Positions 11,084-23,900 are shown, counted from the first letter of the stretch. The stretch is DNA of 64,000 nt from Mayamaea pseudoterrestris (GCA_027923505.1 BROI01000008.1:558001-622000), one strand, 5' to 3'. The notes: generated from the letters alone by a model not told the origin. Program-made: numbers and translations.

Positions 11084-13615
11084 ATGGTGAATGGCGCCGA
11101 TCGATCAGCGCCACGGAAGAAGAAAATCACACGGTTGGTGCCACCAGAAGAAGCATTAGCTCCCATCGAAGAAGTCACTGATCGATCCGAGGATTCTTCT
11201 ATTGTCTCAGAGAGTCATGTGAGTCCTTACCGGCCATCCGGGCGTCCGGCTCCGAGGTTTAAGGTAACCGCAGAATCTGTAGAACGCAGCGAATCGTCAT
11301 GCGCTACGGAGCAAGACAAGAAGAGCAGCCAACATTTACCAGCACTTGCCAATGCCATAGTTCCAGATAAGGCCGGAGAAGCCAAAGATGCCGCACCAAA
11401 ACCTCCTTCATCGAGATCCCGAGAGCATAAAGCAATAATCGCCACAGATGTACCTCCTCGTGTGACAGATTCGGCAAGGACACCCGAAACGAAACCGTCC
11501 CACACTACATCACTTTCGACCGGTCAAGAACTGTTGGCGCCAACCACTATTGCAGTTACAGAACCGGGAATAATAATAGTAGATGCAACTGCAAGCTTGG
11601 CTTGTACCGACGGATCACCAGTGCACGAGACTGCAAAAGACGAGTTGGTGGAGCAGGTTGCCGCGCCATCAATCGATAGTCAAACGTCTGCTGTCGTTGA
11701 TGCGGAAGTAATCCACGACGATCAGATTATCTCACAATCTAATACATCGGCGAACGGTAAGGAAGTAAGAGCCGGCGATGGCAGATCTCATTCACGCGTT
11801 CCTCGCAGAAATAGCCTGAAGAGATCGTCACATAAACCTTCCAAGCCTATCGATACGGAAGATGATAAACCCGCCAAGAGCGACCAGGGAGCTCAAAGTA
11901 GCCGACGCATCCCCGAGGTAGATGGAAGAGTAAGAGCTCGGGTATCGAGCAACGACAAACAAAAAATCTCTTCGCACCAGGAAATAGGCGACGATGCGTC
12001 GTTGGACGGCCACCAGGGCGAGGGCAGTACGATATCTGTTGACAATTTGAATGGTAATCCAGCAGAGCTAGAGGCGTCTAAGGCCGATTTTGCTTCATTG
12101 CTTGGAGATAGTACCGGTCTGAGCAGTATGAATGACGAGTCCGATACGAGTGACGGCCTGTTTGATTTTGATGACGATGACGGCGAGCAGAACACTGATG
12201 AGGACAAAGATGATGAGCGTCTTACATGGCGGTTAGATCCTTCGCTGAGTCTGAGCGACTGGGCCCTTATTGTGCGGAATAAGAAGGACGGGACGACACA
12301 AAGTTACCATGTGCACAAGAATATGCTGGCAGTCGGGCCACGAAAGTGTGAGTATTTTGTCAAGTCATTTCAGAATCTAGCCAAAGCATCAAATCAAAGC
12401 AATACGGCTTGGCCAGTATCATGTGACATCGAACTTGACGATGTTGGCGCCAGAGTTATTCCGGCTTTTCTCGACTATATTTACTCGCCGGATGGAGCCC
12501 TGGAGCTGAAGACAGAAAATGCTACTGGCCTCCGATATCTTTCCAATTTTTTTGGTATTCGCGCACTCTTTAAGCAGGTCATGGAATTTGTTCAGAAAGA
12601 CTTGACGCTTGCCACCATGCCAGTTTACTACAAAGATTTGCACATGTTAAAGGATGAAAAACTATTGGCAAATGCCGCCAAGTACTGCGCGAAGAATATC
12701 ATGAAGATTGAGACAAGTTTTTCTTCCTTGAAAAATTGGGAATCCTCCTTCTTACTGCAAATTATGCAATCCTCTTACATCGATTCCAAGCCGCGGCATC
12801 TCCATGTCAGTCTACTTTTGGCCGAGTATTGCCGGCTGAGAAAGGGGAAAATGCAAGCCAGCGAATTTGCTACGCTGACAGATGAACATGTATTGCCAGC
12901 AATTCACTACGATGCTGCGCTGACTTTGTTGGAAGCTGAGTCAGATATTGTTGTGGCAACCTCATTGAAGAATATGATGGAAATGTCAAGTCTTCAGAAG
13001 CGCTGCGTAATGGATCTTTCGAATCATTGGAAAGAGCTCTGTGACATGGATGAGGGATACGTATCGCGAGTTTGCCGTAAGCTACCTTGCAGCGTTGTTG
13101 CTGATTTAATGATGAAATCTCTATCCAATGCAAAGCGACGGACGCATTCCGATCTTTCTCAGGATGGTCTGGCTTCGGGTGATGCAGCTGCCAGCAAGAT
13201 CCGAAAAGGGAAGAAGACCATGGATCCAACCGCAAAGGTCAAAAAAGAATACGAAACAAAGGTGGAGGAGCTCAAGAAATCATATGACGATCAGTTAGAT
13301 AAGCTGAAGAAGGAGTCGGAGGCTAAGCTATATATGGCGCGACAGATGCTCGCGCAGAGAGACAAGCAGATCTCTTTCCATGTTCAAGAACTCCGCAGCT
13401 TTGAGCGCCTTCCGAACTCGCACGAAGGGAAGCTGATGCCGACAGGTAGAGCTCACGAGGTGTCGCTTCTGCCCGAATTCGCTAAAGACAAGGCAGAAGG
13501 GATGTTGTTGGTGTCAAAGAAATCCGCTTTGAAATATCCGCTATTTTACTACAAGCGAGAAGAACCGGACCTAAGTCATGCAAGCGAGTCAAGCAAGAAG
13601 GAGCAGAGGCCATGA
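11084..13615 (+). CDS. BTB/POZ-domain protein (diatom-type) with disordered N-terminus and C-terminal coiled coil
   Basis: LTWRLDPSLSLSDWALIV...YHVHKNMLAVGPRKCEYF...IPAFLDYIY, followed by a helical BACK-like region. Confidence 0.8.
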   Translation: MVNGADRSAPRKKKITRLVPPEEALAPIEEVTDRSEDSSIVSESHVSPYRPSGRPAPRFKVTAESVERSESSCATEQDKKSSQHLPALANAIVPDKAGEAKDAAPKPPSSRSREHKAIIATDVPPRVTDSARTPETKPSHTTSLSTGQELLAPTTIAVTEPGIIIVDATASLACTDGSPVHETAKDELVEQVAAPSIDSQTSAVVDAEVIHDDQIISQSNTSANGKEVRAGDGRSHSRVPRRNSLKRSSHKPSKPIDTEDDKPAKSDQGAQSSRRIPEVDGRVRARVSSNDKQKISSHQEIGDDASLDGHQGEGSTISVDNLNGNPAELEASKADFASLLGDSTGLSSMNDESDTSDGLFDFDDDDGEQNTDEDKDDERLTWRLDPSLSLSDWALIVRNKKDGTTQSYHVHKNMLAVGPRKCEYFVKSFQNLAKASNQSNTAWPVSCDIELDDVGARVIPAFLDYIYSPDGALELKTENATGLRYLSNFFGIRALFKQVMEFVQKDLTLATMPVYYKDLHMLKDEKLLANAAKYCAKNIMKIETSFSSLKNWESSFLLQIMQSSYIDSKPRHLHVSLLLAEYCRLRKGKMQASEFATLTDEHVLPAIHYDAALTLLEAESDIVVATSLKNMMEMSSLQKRCVMDLSNHWKELCDMDEGYVSRVCRKLPCSVVADLMMKSLSNAKRRTHSDLSQDGLASGDAAASKIRKGKKTMDPTAKVKKEYETKVEELKKSYDDQLDKLKKESEAKLYMARQMLAQRDKQISFHVQELRSFERLPNSHEGKLMPTGRAHEVSLLPEFAKDKAEGMLLVSKKSALKYPLFYYKREEPDLSHASESSKKEQRP

Positions 13616-13648
13616 GGACGCTCTAGTCGCAAATACTTGACGTTGTAT

Positions 13649-15684
13649 TTAGAAGATATACGTTTGTTCTTGCTCGTCCGTGATGACAATTGTTTTCAGT
13701 ATCTCGTTCCCGGACTTGATATTCCAAACGTGGCCAGCGAAAGTGTTGACAGAAACATCCTGACCAGGCACAAGTAATCCAAAATCACCTGCTTCGTCAT
13801 ACCAAAGCTCGGCATTCTCGTATATCGGGTCTGTTCCTGTGTTACGAAAAGTTGCGAGTAGTTGCAGAGGATTGGTTGGTGTCGAGTCGTCCTCAGGCCA
13901 TTTTAGCGGAGCAGTGTCGTATTCTGCCCGAGCCGCGTTCCAAACCCAAAGATTTCTGTGTTAACAGTAAAACGAAAAGACGCAGCGTTAGCTTAACACT
14001 CGAGTCTTCCGTACACTGAATTTTCGCTGTACTTACGCGGCCCATTTCGTCCCTCGCAGGACCGGGCATCCCCCATGAAGCACTGACTTATCCTCTGCAT
14101 GCAAAAATTCTGGTTAGGGATAACTATCAGTCTGGCAATTCGTCAATGCAAACAGATGCCACTGCCACACTGACCTGTTCCGTTGGGCAGCTGGGAATAA
14201 AATAAAACAGCCCGACCGCGACTAGGCCTGACCGCCAATCGGGACTGACAAAGAGCTGTCATTTCCTCCTGCCATGAGCCCTTTGTTAATAGCGTACCTT
14301 CCGGCGACGCCCGTAGCTGTCGGACAGCTTCCAACTTAGAGATGCGTTGATCATCGGGAAGCCCGACGGGCCATCCATGCTCAAATACAGTCTCACCACC
14401 AGCATTAACCTCCAAGTCGGACATGTAAAGCAAGACTGTCGCAAAACGGTTGCCACCGATGTTCGACGAGTTATAGTTGTAGTTCTCTTCCGTGTCGATA
14501 TCCAAATAATCTGGATGTGTTGTGTACGCTGCCAGGTGTTGCGACTGATAACGCAATATCTGCAAACCATCCGTGTGGGATTCCCAATACTCGTCCATTC
14601 CCAGCATGGAGAGACAGCGACGTTTAATTTTCAAAGCTAATTTACCATGCGTATCCCAAGCATTCTCCGAGGTACGTTTCGAGAAAACTTGCCCTTGCGT
14701 CGCTCCAGTTGTACTTCGATGGAGTTTGTGTGTTGCTGATTGTTCGTTCTCTGCTTTTCCAATCAGAGCATCCGCTTCCGTAGGCGAAAAGAAGTCGTGA
14801 ATTTCGAAAACGCGAGGATACACGCTGTGTAGCAAGTCAGAAGGCGAGTGGAGGAGTGAGTGATTCATTGGGAGAAGGAGACAGTCTGGCAAATCTACGT
14901 ACCTTATCGTTTCAATGACAATAGCCTTGCCATCTTCGTCCAAGTCAGTCACATGGCCAAGACGAAATGTTTCTCCGATATATGAAGGTGCCAGCATGAA
15001 CATGCGACCAGCTGGAACGGCATACAAGTGTACTGTAGCACTTGTATCACATATATCTTCCACGTTGCCGTCGTTCTTGACGCATCGCTGGGCATTAGCT
15101 TTAGCTTCCTCGACAAGCTGCAACAGGTAATCCAATGATGAAATCCTTTCCCCTTCTCTCGTGTAAAACCGACACGGCAAACTTCCTGATGACGTCGAGA
15201 CGAGTCTATCGTGGTCGGGTTGTATTGTGGTTCGTTCAGGTCCCATGTCACAGTGGCCAATCAAGCCTGGCGTCGCGGTTGAATCATCAGCCGATCCGCA
15301 TGCAGCTTCTGGTAATTCTTGATGAAACAGAGTCGTCAAGAATGCCTCAATTTCGTACTTAGAGAGGGACGACTTCTCGCAAAGATCGAGAGCTTGGAAG
15401 ATTTGTTCCATGGCCTTGTTCGTGACAGACGTGACTCCGCCACATGGCTCTGGATCTCCATTTCGATGTATTTTGAAGAATATATCGTCAACGATTACAC
15501 CATCATTTGATCTACTAAGCTCTTGCAGTGTTGCCAGACAGCCGGAGGAGCTGATTGTCCGTGTTGTGTCTTGCAAACTGCCATCCACATCAACTTGAAT
15601 TGATTGCACTTGTTCTCTTCCATGCAATACCGGTAGGCACCTGCAAAGAATGACTGCCTGAAGCAACAAATTGTTGAGTTTCAT
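13649..15684 (-). CDS. Secreted prolyl 4-hydroxylase-like 2OG-Fe(II) dioxygenase (paralogue A)
   Basis: Exons 15684-14903, 14824-14175, 14094-14037 and 13955-13649. Signal peptide, RTSENAW, DGLQILRY, HPD (HxD), NRFATVLLYMSD, LHGGCPV...KWAANLWVWN, and a C-terminal beta domain (VNTFAGHVW). Confidence 0.88.
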
Positions 15685-15973
15685 TATCGTGTGATATCTT
15701 TTGTTCAATACTATTTAGAACTGAGTTGTTTTTCACTGACAGTGAAGATCCATGAATGAAGTCATTTTGCGCGAGGGCGCAGTGCGGTGGTTGTCGAGCG
15801 ATGCTGGTCAATACCGTTACGACTTTGGACTACGACATCGGTCGAATACCGCACGACGCGCGCGGGCTTTGGTTCGGATCGTCCGCTGCTCCGCCATGGT
15901 GCAAGCTAACGACTCTTCCTCCTCGCACCCACTGTTTTATTATACCGTGAGCTATACGAAAGTCAAGCAAACA

Positions 15974-17917
15974 ATGAAAAAATTTCTGCTGTTAGTGGTA
16001 CCAGCGATTGCAACTTCCTCTAGTGATGGAACTTTTCAGCAATCTGAGATTACTAACGTTTTGGATCATCAACATGCCAGCACAAGCAGCAATGGATCAA
16101 TGGCAAATCACCATACAGCCTGCCTAGCACTGGCATCGTTTTCTCTTGAAAACTTTGACTTCATGATGCATCGCAACGGCGAACCAGAGGCGTGCGGAGT
16201 CGCTGCGTCGTCTCATGCAGCATGGGAGAAAGTCCTTCGCGATGCATCCTTGTGCGACAAACAACAAGTCGACAAGTTTGAGCTGGAAGCTGTCATGACG
16301 AGTCTTTTGATGAACATTCTAGATACAAGCTCGTGTGGATCGACAGATGACGCTACTGCTTTGCCAGGCTTGCCGGGTTTTTGTGACATGGGCCCGAACC
16401 GGACAGTCGTTCAGGAGGACCACGAGCAACTTGTACGAACTACATACACCCAGAGTCTGCCGTGTCGGTTCTACACGCGGGAAGGCTTGCGCATCACGTC
16501 TTTGGAGCAATTGCAGCAAGCAGCTACGACGGTAAATCAGAATGAATGCGCATTGGTGACGGATTCCGATACACACACTTGCTCCGTTGCAGCTACCTCA
16601 ACAAATACAACAATTCACGTGTATGCTGTCCCTGCCGGCCGCGTTTTCATGTTTGCTCCGGCAAAAGTCGGCGAGGAGTTTCACATTACGCATGCAGGGG
16701 CTCCGGATGCAGCCCCAATTGTTTTGGAGACTCTAAGCATCTCACCCCGAGTCTTTGAAATACACAATTTCTTCAACCTCTCGGAAGCTGACGAACTTAT
16801 TGAAAAGGCACTCTCGGAAACCTCTGACACGATGGGTTTGCATCGATCGACGACTGGATCGATTAATGCTACCATTAATAGCAAGCGCACGAGCGAAAAT
16901 GCTTGGGATCAGCATGGTGTCACGGCCATGCGACTCAAACGGCGTTGCATGGAGACTTTGGGCTTTGACGAGTACCAGGAGCACTTGACGGATGGCTTGC
17001 AAGTGCTGCGTTACAAGCATTTGCAGAGTTACAATTCTCACCCAGATTATTTGAGCGACGCTCCCAATCACTGGTACAATTATGATAGCGGTGGGGTTGG
17101 TGCGAACAGATTTGCCACCGTTCTGTTGTATATGAGCGATGTGGGTACGTACGCAGTTTCTGTATTTGACGCGATAATGCGTCGCGTGTATGCGGGCCAA
17201 CTCATGCGCCAACACTTGCTTCACACCAGCTGAAAATGATGGAGGTGCAACCATGTTTACCAATGCCTGGCCGCACGATGCGCCACCGGAGGTGACATCT
17301 CTCACGCACAAGCAAGAACTCGATTTGTTTCGATCCACAGATGATGCTCCCTTGTTTACACCGGGTAGCTGGGAGGAAGCACTCGCGGCAATGTGCCAAC
17401 GACGCTTCAGTGTTAAACCCAAAAAGGGAAAGGCTGTTTTGTTTTACTCACAGTTTTCAAATGGAAAGGAGGATAAAAGCGCGATACACGCTGCATGTCC
17501 AGTCATGCGAGAAAGTATTAAGTGGGCAGCCAACCTTTGGGTTTGGAGCGGTCCACGTGCCGAGAGTAAAGTAGCGCCGCGGAAATGGCCACCGAGTGAG
17601 GATGAGCTAGAGGCGGCCAAGCCAAAACAATTGCAGGCATACTTTTACAATAGCAAGAATGATCCAGCAATGGCGAATGCGGAACTATTCTGGACGGAAT
17701 CTTCATTCTGGAGCAAGCTCGGTCCAGGCGAGTCCGCAGGCGTTAACACGTACAAAGGACACGAATGTAAGTCTCCATAGTTTTTGCAATGGGCCAGCTT
17801 GTGAGGCTTTTTTGTGGCTCACGCCTTAATCATTCCACAGGGACGATCCAGGTCAACGGTAAAATTGTTCAGCGAATCTCGATTACAGACGAGTTAAAAC
17901 AAAGTTACCACATCTAG
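15974..17917 (+). CDS. Secreted prolyl 4-hydroxylase-like 2OG-Fe(II) dioxygenase (paralogue B)
   Basis: Exons 15974-17144, 17230-17766 and 17841-17917. Same motif set as paralogue A: HPD, NRFATVLLYMSD, IHAACPV...KWAANLWVWS, VNTYKGHEW. Confidence 0.88.
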
Positions 17918-17946
17918 CTTAGCAAATAAATTACAGAAAAGTAATA

Positions 17947-20232
17947 TTAATCTCTAGGCGGTATGATCTTGACACATGCCTTGGCGCGAAGAGGTATGCA
18001 GAAAATAGTGCCGTCGTTGGACAAAACGCCACCCTCGAATTTGTCCTTAACGCCACTCATCGGTCCGCAATCCAAAATATCGACATGGTCATCTTGCCCG
18101 GTCACAGCCGCAGGCGTAATCCTAAGTACTCCCGTGGCACGTTGTGGAACGCCGTAACAACATCCGTCGCGTCCAGTAAAGCCGTTCTGAAACTTGTTAG
18201 GACCGTCCATGAGGAGAGGACCGACGAGTTTTAACTCCTCGGCAAATATATCGACGCGTAAAACCTGTTCGGCATCGCAAGGGACCAAGAAAGCGTAGCG
18301 GCCGTCCAAAGTTAGTGATCCTCCCAGATATTTATATTTGTTGGTGCCTTTATACACACGATGCCGTCCAGAACGCAGCGCGACCTTATTTCCAGCATCG
18401 TCCTTCAATCCAATGGTATACACACTTTGCTCCAAGACATTTATTACGAGGACGTCATCAGCGTTGTTAGGAAACCCAATGATCTTGTCACCAGCTCTCA
18501 GGCCGCCATGCCACTTCCATTGATTATTTTGAAATATCTGGCAATTAGGATTGTCCATTACCGTTACTTCGTCGCAGGATGGATCAATCTTTAACACAAA
18601 GCGTGCATTATGCGGTATTCCATAGATTGAATTATCGACACCGCTTATGCCACCGTACCATTTCTGCAAGCCGTCACCAAAGTCAGGTCCGATCAGGACA
18701 CAATCTTCTGTTACAGGATGAAACCGAAGTACCCTGCGAGCATTGGCGGGAATCGCGTATATATATCCATTGGTGGCCAAGTTTCCGCCGTGATACAGCC
18801 ATCCGTTCCTTGTACCACAATCTTTGATTGTTTCGTTGCCGAATGTTGAGACGTTGTTGTTGTGTGGATTTATTTTCAGCAATGTCGTCGCATTGCAGGG
18901 GAGTGCGAAGCAACATCCGTCAGGATATCGCTCGTCGTCCATGACGTTAGCTGGTACTTCTACACCTCGCAGCCATTTGAATTTACCGGGAAGTGGGGGT
19001 CCAATGAAATCAATGGCACCCGACTCGCTATTTATTCGCAAGACACGCTTGGCCGATCCTGGTACACCGTAAACAAATCGCCCACACGGCGATGCCATGC
19101 CGCCCAGATACTTGTCTTGGCCCACCATCTCTTCTCCGTCACAGTCGTTGGCGTAAAGATACTCCAATCGAGCCGCGCTTGGTCGAATTCTTGGCCTAGT
19201 CGGCATGTGCTCGGGTTGGAAGCGCACTCCCTGGACAAGGGCGCGCTCTCGGTCTACAGGGTCATCGGAATACGGAAGTAGTCCGTAGAGTTTCGCCTGA
19301 CGAACGGTCACTAGAGGAGGACTAGTCCTATAAAAGGGCCGGCTATGATCATGCGAGTGATACGATGTGCAACAGATCTCCTCGTCAGGTCTGTGATCGC
19401 CAGTTGCTCGAAGCCTATACGCTTCAACCTTTCTTGCCATCACCGACGGAGTCGTCAATTTTGAAGGTTGTATTGTACAAAGAAAACTCGGTCGAAAAGT
19501 CGGAGTGACATGTAACGTTTCGTTCTCGCACAAAGTCATGTCAGATTGAAATAGTAAAACGTCTCCCCGCATCATGGGTAAAAACGTCGGATTAACGTGA
19601 CAATCATTGGTCAACCCTGAGTATATCCCGACACTCTGATCTTCGAAAACCACAAGAGCTCTAGTGTAGAGGCGACTAGAGTAACAATTCTGCGCTTTGC
19701 TGATTGTTCGTACTAATGCCGACTTGTGGCAATCGATTTCGTGCTTGGGTCTCCGAAATATGAACCCTTCCTTCGAGCAATGAAGCCGATCCGTGTCATA
19801 TAGAGGACCAAAGACACGCTCAGCAAGTATCTCGCGTACACTTCCAAGCAGCCAACCAGCGCCGTTACAATCAAATCTGTCGTTTGATTCATGATTCTCG
19901 CCAATACTCCGACAGCTAGGCCATGGCTCAGGTGCGTCATCAACAGATTTTGAGCTTGCATTGAAGCCCTTTGACATGTCCGCGTACCAACTCTTTGCGT
20001 TGTTCCGATCCACTTCACCTGATGAAGTATCTTCCACGAAGTCCCACATGAGCGAGATCGCTTCGGAACATTCTTCCTGTGAAAGTATACCCGACAGAAT
20101 TATAAAGCCATCAGTTTGCAGGGCCTTTAATGTCGCATTCTGCTCGTCCGCATGCTCTACGTCTTTATCGCTGTTAGCAGTCACTCCAGTGGTGGATTCC
20201 ATTAAAGTATCTTTTTTAACAGTAATTGTCAT
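17947..20232 (-). CDS. Degenerate PhyH-like dioxygenase domain fused to a beta-propeller repeat domain
   Basis: The N-terminus LQTDGFIILSGILSQEECSEAISLMWDFVE is PhyH-like. The C-terminal half has about 7 repeats of the type K(W/Y)xGG...G.IYGIP.NA..VL(K/R)I.P. Confidence 0.65.
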   Translation of the reverse strand: MTITVKKDTLMESTTGVTANSDKDVEHADEQNATLKALQTDGFIILSGILSQEECSEAISLMWDFVEDTSSGEVDRNNAKSWYADMSKGFNASSKSVDDAPEPWPSCRSIGENHESNDRFDCNGAGWLLGSVREILAERVFGPLYDTDRLHCSKEGFIFRRPKHEIDCHKSALVRTISKAQNCYSSRLYTRALVVFEDQSVGIYSGLTNDCHVNPTFLPMMRGDVLLFQSDMTLCENETLHVTPTFRPSFLCTIQPSKLTTPSVMARKVEAYRLRATGDHRPDEEICCTSYHSHDHSRPFYRTSPPLVTVRQAKLYGLLPYSDDPVDRERALVQGVRFQPEHMPTRPRIRPSAARLEYLYANDCDGEEMVGQDKYLGGMASPCGRFVYGVPGSAKRVLRINSESGAIDFIGPPLPGKFKWLRGVEVPANVMDDERYPDGCCFALPCNATTLLKINPHNNNVSTFGNETIKDCGTRNGWLYHGGNLATNGYIYAIPANARRVLRFHPVTEDCVLIGPDFGDGLQKWYGGISGVDNSIYGIPHNARFVLKIDPSCDEVTVMDNPNCQIFQNNQWKWHGGLRAGDKIIGFPNNADDVLVINVLEQSVYTIGLKDDAGNKVALRSGRHRVYKGTNKYKYLGGSLTLDGRYAFLVPCDAEQVLRVDIFAEELKLVGPLLMDGPNKFQNGFTGRDGCCYGVPQRATGVLRITPAAVTGQDDHVDILDCGPMSGVKDKFEGGVLSNDGTIFCIPLRAKACVKIIPPRD

Positions 20233-20412
20233 GGTCGAGGGAACTACTGGGTTTCATATATCTATCGTCTACATTTCATCCACATGGGGGAAATAATGAT
20301 GGGCTCATCATGTCATGTCGCGTGAGTACCGTTACGACCTAGGTGATCATGGTGCGATCGATCGACACAAAATTGCCAAACACAAAACTCTTGCGTTGAG
20401 AAGCAAAAGACA

Positions 20413-20910
20413 ATGGTAGTGTCGTCGCATACGCTTGAATCACATGCCAAAGTACGAGGTCTTGCGCTAGTAAGCGGTTCACTCGGAGCATTGGCCTCAT
20501 GTTTTGGCAAGGGAGCCTTTGGTGACGTAAAGCACGACGAGGACGGCGGCGTGATGGCAACATTTTTGTCAAATCCTCTCGCGCAACTCGTTTGCAGTGC
20601 CGATAAAAGTGAACACTGTCTCTTTGCATTCATATTAGCATATCGATGCATTTGTCTATTCGCCATGATTGGCTGCAATGCTCTTATGCTAGGTTCCTTT
20701 GTCCAAGGCATGCATGAGTCTGGAAGCGTCGCAGGAACGGCGCTCGCCAATGCAGCAAATTTCATAGTGTCGGCTGCCATGGGCTGGCTCGTGTTTAACG
20801 AAGAGTATAGCTTGCAGTGGTTCTACGGCTTTCTCATGGTGTTGGTTGGTACAGTGCTCCTCTCCAGCGTTCAATCAACCGATGCCGAAAAGCTGACCAA
20901 GAGAGATTGA
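20413..20910 (+). CDS. TMEM42-like small DMT/EamA-superfamily membrane protein
   Basis: Four TM helices: SGSLGALASCFGK, CNALML, ANFIVSAAMGWLVFNE, and WFYGFLMVLVG. Confidence 0.75.
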   Translation: MVVSSHTLESHAKVRGLALVSGSLGALASCFGKGAFGDVKHDEDGGVMATFLSNPLAQLVCSADKSEHCLFAFILAYRCICLFAMIGCNALMLGSFVQGMHESGSVAGTALANAANFIVSAAMGWLVFNEEYSLQWFYGFLMVLVGTVLLSSVQSTDAEKLTKRD

Positions 20911-23900
20911 ACGAAAAAGGTCTAGGCTTCCTGCTTTAGGATGCTAGAGATTCAATTTGTCGCCTCCGTTTATTGCTTAAATGGACTTTAGCTGGGGATT
21001 AGGCAGCACCAACACGCTGCATCGACTTTACTGTCCACCCAAAAGCGCAAAATTGACGGCATTCGCTGGCCGCTGCGCGCCGGCGACAATTTGGAACTTT
21101 TAGACAAGTTTACTTGGCCTATATTCAACAATGACTACTGTCACTTGACGGCCGATACACTTTATGCTTCGACTCATGATACAGCGACTTTGTGTCTGGA
21201 TACGCGACGTCAAGTGGATCCATTCTGCTGAGCCATCCTTCTCATTGTAAAGTGACGAATCTATCAACGAGCAAGCCGCGGGAGAGAGTGACGATGATAA
21301 TTTTTTGTCTTGACCTTGATGCGGACTTGGTTGATGACGACGATGACGACGAAATCGACATCGATCGCGGCCGGAAAAGAAGACGCAGCAATCAACTAAT
21401 GAATCGCTTTACCTGTCGAAGCATTGGCCTTGACAGCGACAACGATTTACAGCTTCAAATACATTGCACAACCATTAAAAACTGTAATGGGAGCAATGGC
21501 GTGAAAACTGATATCAGTCTGCATAGGAAAAAACTCCTCACGGCAGAATGGCGTCCGTTCCAGCGTGCCTTCGACGGTCTTCGCACGTGTTTATCATCCT
21601 CGCGCAGACACCCGCTGCTACACTATTAACTGGGCATCAGATTGCTAACAATGATGAGCTGCTTGCTGTTGCGACCCTCGTGTTGCCTGGCTCGAGTTCA
21701 AATACGCCATGCGGTAGTAAGGCCGACCCTAGATGCTGGTAGACGAAACTTTTTCCAGCAGGTTGGCGCAGCCATCTATTTTTGTACCTTTACAAAGTGA
21801 TGTGCAGTTTGAAATAGACCAGTCTTTTCTGAATCGAGAGGACATTTAATTTCAATCTACACAGAAACGACGTTCGGACTTTCCGCTCGAAAAGGGCCAC
21901 TATTACGAACCGCCTTGTGTCGTAAGGTGTACGCATACAATGCGGAAATTGACCGATGTTTGAGTAAACCAAACCACAACCTCGAGTACTTTATTATACA
22001 TGGCTTTGATTTTGCCCGAATACGTCACGACGGAAAGCCCAGTCGGCTACGCGCTCCCACTGCGATTGAATTAATGCATCTATCTGAATATTTAGACAAA
22101 ATAGATAGCGAAATTGGACGATACTGGCCCTTGTCTCACTCTGGACACAACTAATTCAGCCAGATGGAAACATTTCAATCGTGAATGTCGCGCCTACGAG
22201 GAAAGGAAAGGATCAACATTTGTCACTCAATTTTGTCAAGTGCTATCAGTGCCAATGTCAAAACGATGACAAGGCGGATCTATCGTTGCGGAACGAAAAG
22301 TCGCTATATGATCCGTTCGGTGTGATCACATCATTTCTGATACGATTCCGAGGTGATTTGTCACAAGCATCCTTTTCAAACGATTTTAGGTTGAAGCGCG
22401 GTCGCGTTGACTGGTAGGCTGACACCGTCAAACAATTTCGATTTATCCCTAGACTTTCTCGTCTGCTGTTGCAAGTGTTGAAGCTTGGTTGCTACCCATT
22501 GATTCCAAGTTAGTCAGGTGTGCCACTGCGTTTGTGATTGGTTAGGAGACACAGGATCGCTCTCGACACCTCGATCTGCCACCTGCTATCATCGTCGCTG
22601 AGATTGAGCGGAGAAACTAGGAGCAAAGTTCTCGCGAACTACCTCTCTTTGTCACAAGACGTGGACAAAATATCTCATTACTTTCAACCCAAACTGCAAG
22701 TGCGCTTCGGCAGCCGATGTCGCCCCTTGTCCACGGTCCAGAAAGGACAGCTTTAGCTGGAGCATCTACAGAACGGCAACCTCCCATTGACGAGAAAGAT
22801 TCTCGCATGGACACGAAAGCGATCTAGTCCGTGATGAGTAAGAAAGGTCTAAGTTTCGGTTCAGCGACGATGAGTGAGCACGATGTTAATACCGGTAGGA
22901 AGCTTGCTACACAAAACACGAACCTGCGATCAATAATTTTGTGTTTGCAAGCAAGTCGATTGGCAATCGCCGGTCGATGATTTGGATCCAATAGGATACA
23001 TTTCGCCGACGATCATGAAGAGGCTTGGCAGAAGCGGTGGAAGGGTTCCAGCTCCATTTTAACGTATATACTGATCTTTAGGAAGTGGGCAGCCTTAAAT
23101 GCCCACGTTTTCTCAAGAAAGTACGTTGTTGCCAATCATACGAAGGACGAGCGCTACTTGGTTTTGCGTTTGGACATGGCAGTGGTACGAACGTAAATCC
23201 TTATATTAGCTAATCGGAAACCAGCGTTACAGGTGATCAGACGAGTTCTTGCGACGCAAAGAGACTTCCGAACTGGCTTAAACCTACTATCTCGAGGCTC
23301 ATATGAAACGCGTACGCTGGGAGTAATCGCTTGGTTTTGATCTTTAAATCTCGATTGGGGAGTCGTTGCGTCGACGCGTGAGGCGTATGACGCAACACCC
23401 CAGAAGGAAACGTCTCGTAATGAAGTGCAACAAAGGAATGTTTACTAATATTCTGACGGCGGAACCTCCGCCAGCTACGCCAGAATTAAGGCCCAAGGCG
23501 AAGGTATGAAAGGCTATGACAAAAGAAGTTTCCTTGCTTGTTACACAATATTGCGACAATATTAAGATACGACTTGCTGCAACATGAATTTTTCGTACTA
23601 TCCCTGGTTGATAAATTGCGCTGCGAGACGCTCAATGCAATCCACACACTCCTCGTTCAATATGAGATCAATTGCACTGGCAATGACATTGCGTCTGTGC
23701 TGCGAAAGAAAGAAAGCATAGTCTATTGGAAGTGTTGACTGGAAACATTTAACTGCAGCAGTGCAAGGCGCAGCTCAAGCGCAAGCATCAACAAGCTTTT
23801 CCTCCGCTACAGCCACCACAATAATGTGCACCTTAACGAAACCAACAGCACGAGTATTGGGGCACCTGATTCACAGACTAAAAGACTCATATAATTTAGT

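Noticed and set aside
15752..15973. N-terminal extension of P4H paralogue B in the ORF track
   Set aside because: The signal peptide begins at ATG 15974, and the extension spans the shared promoter.
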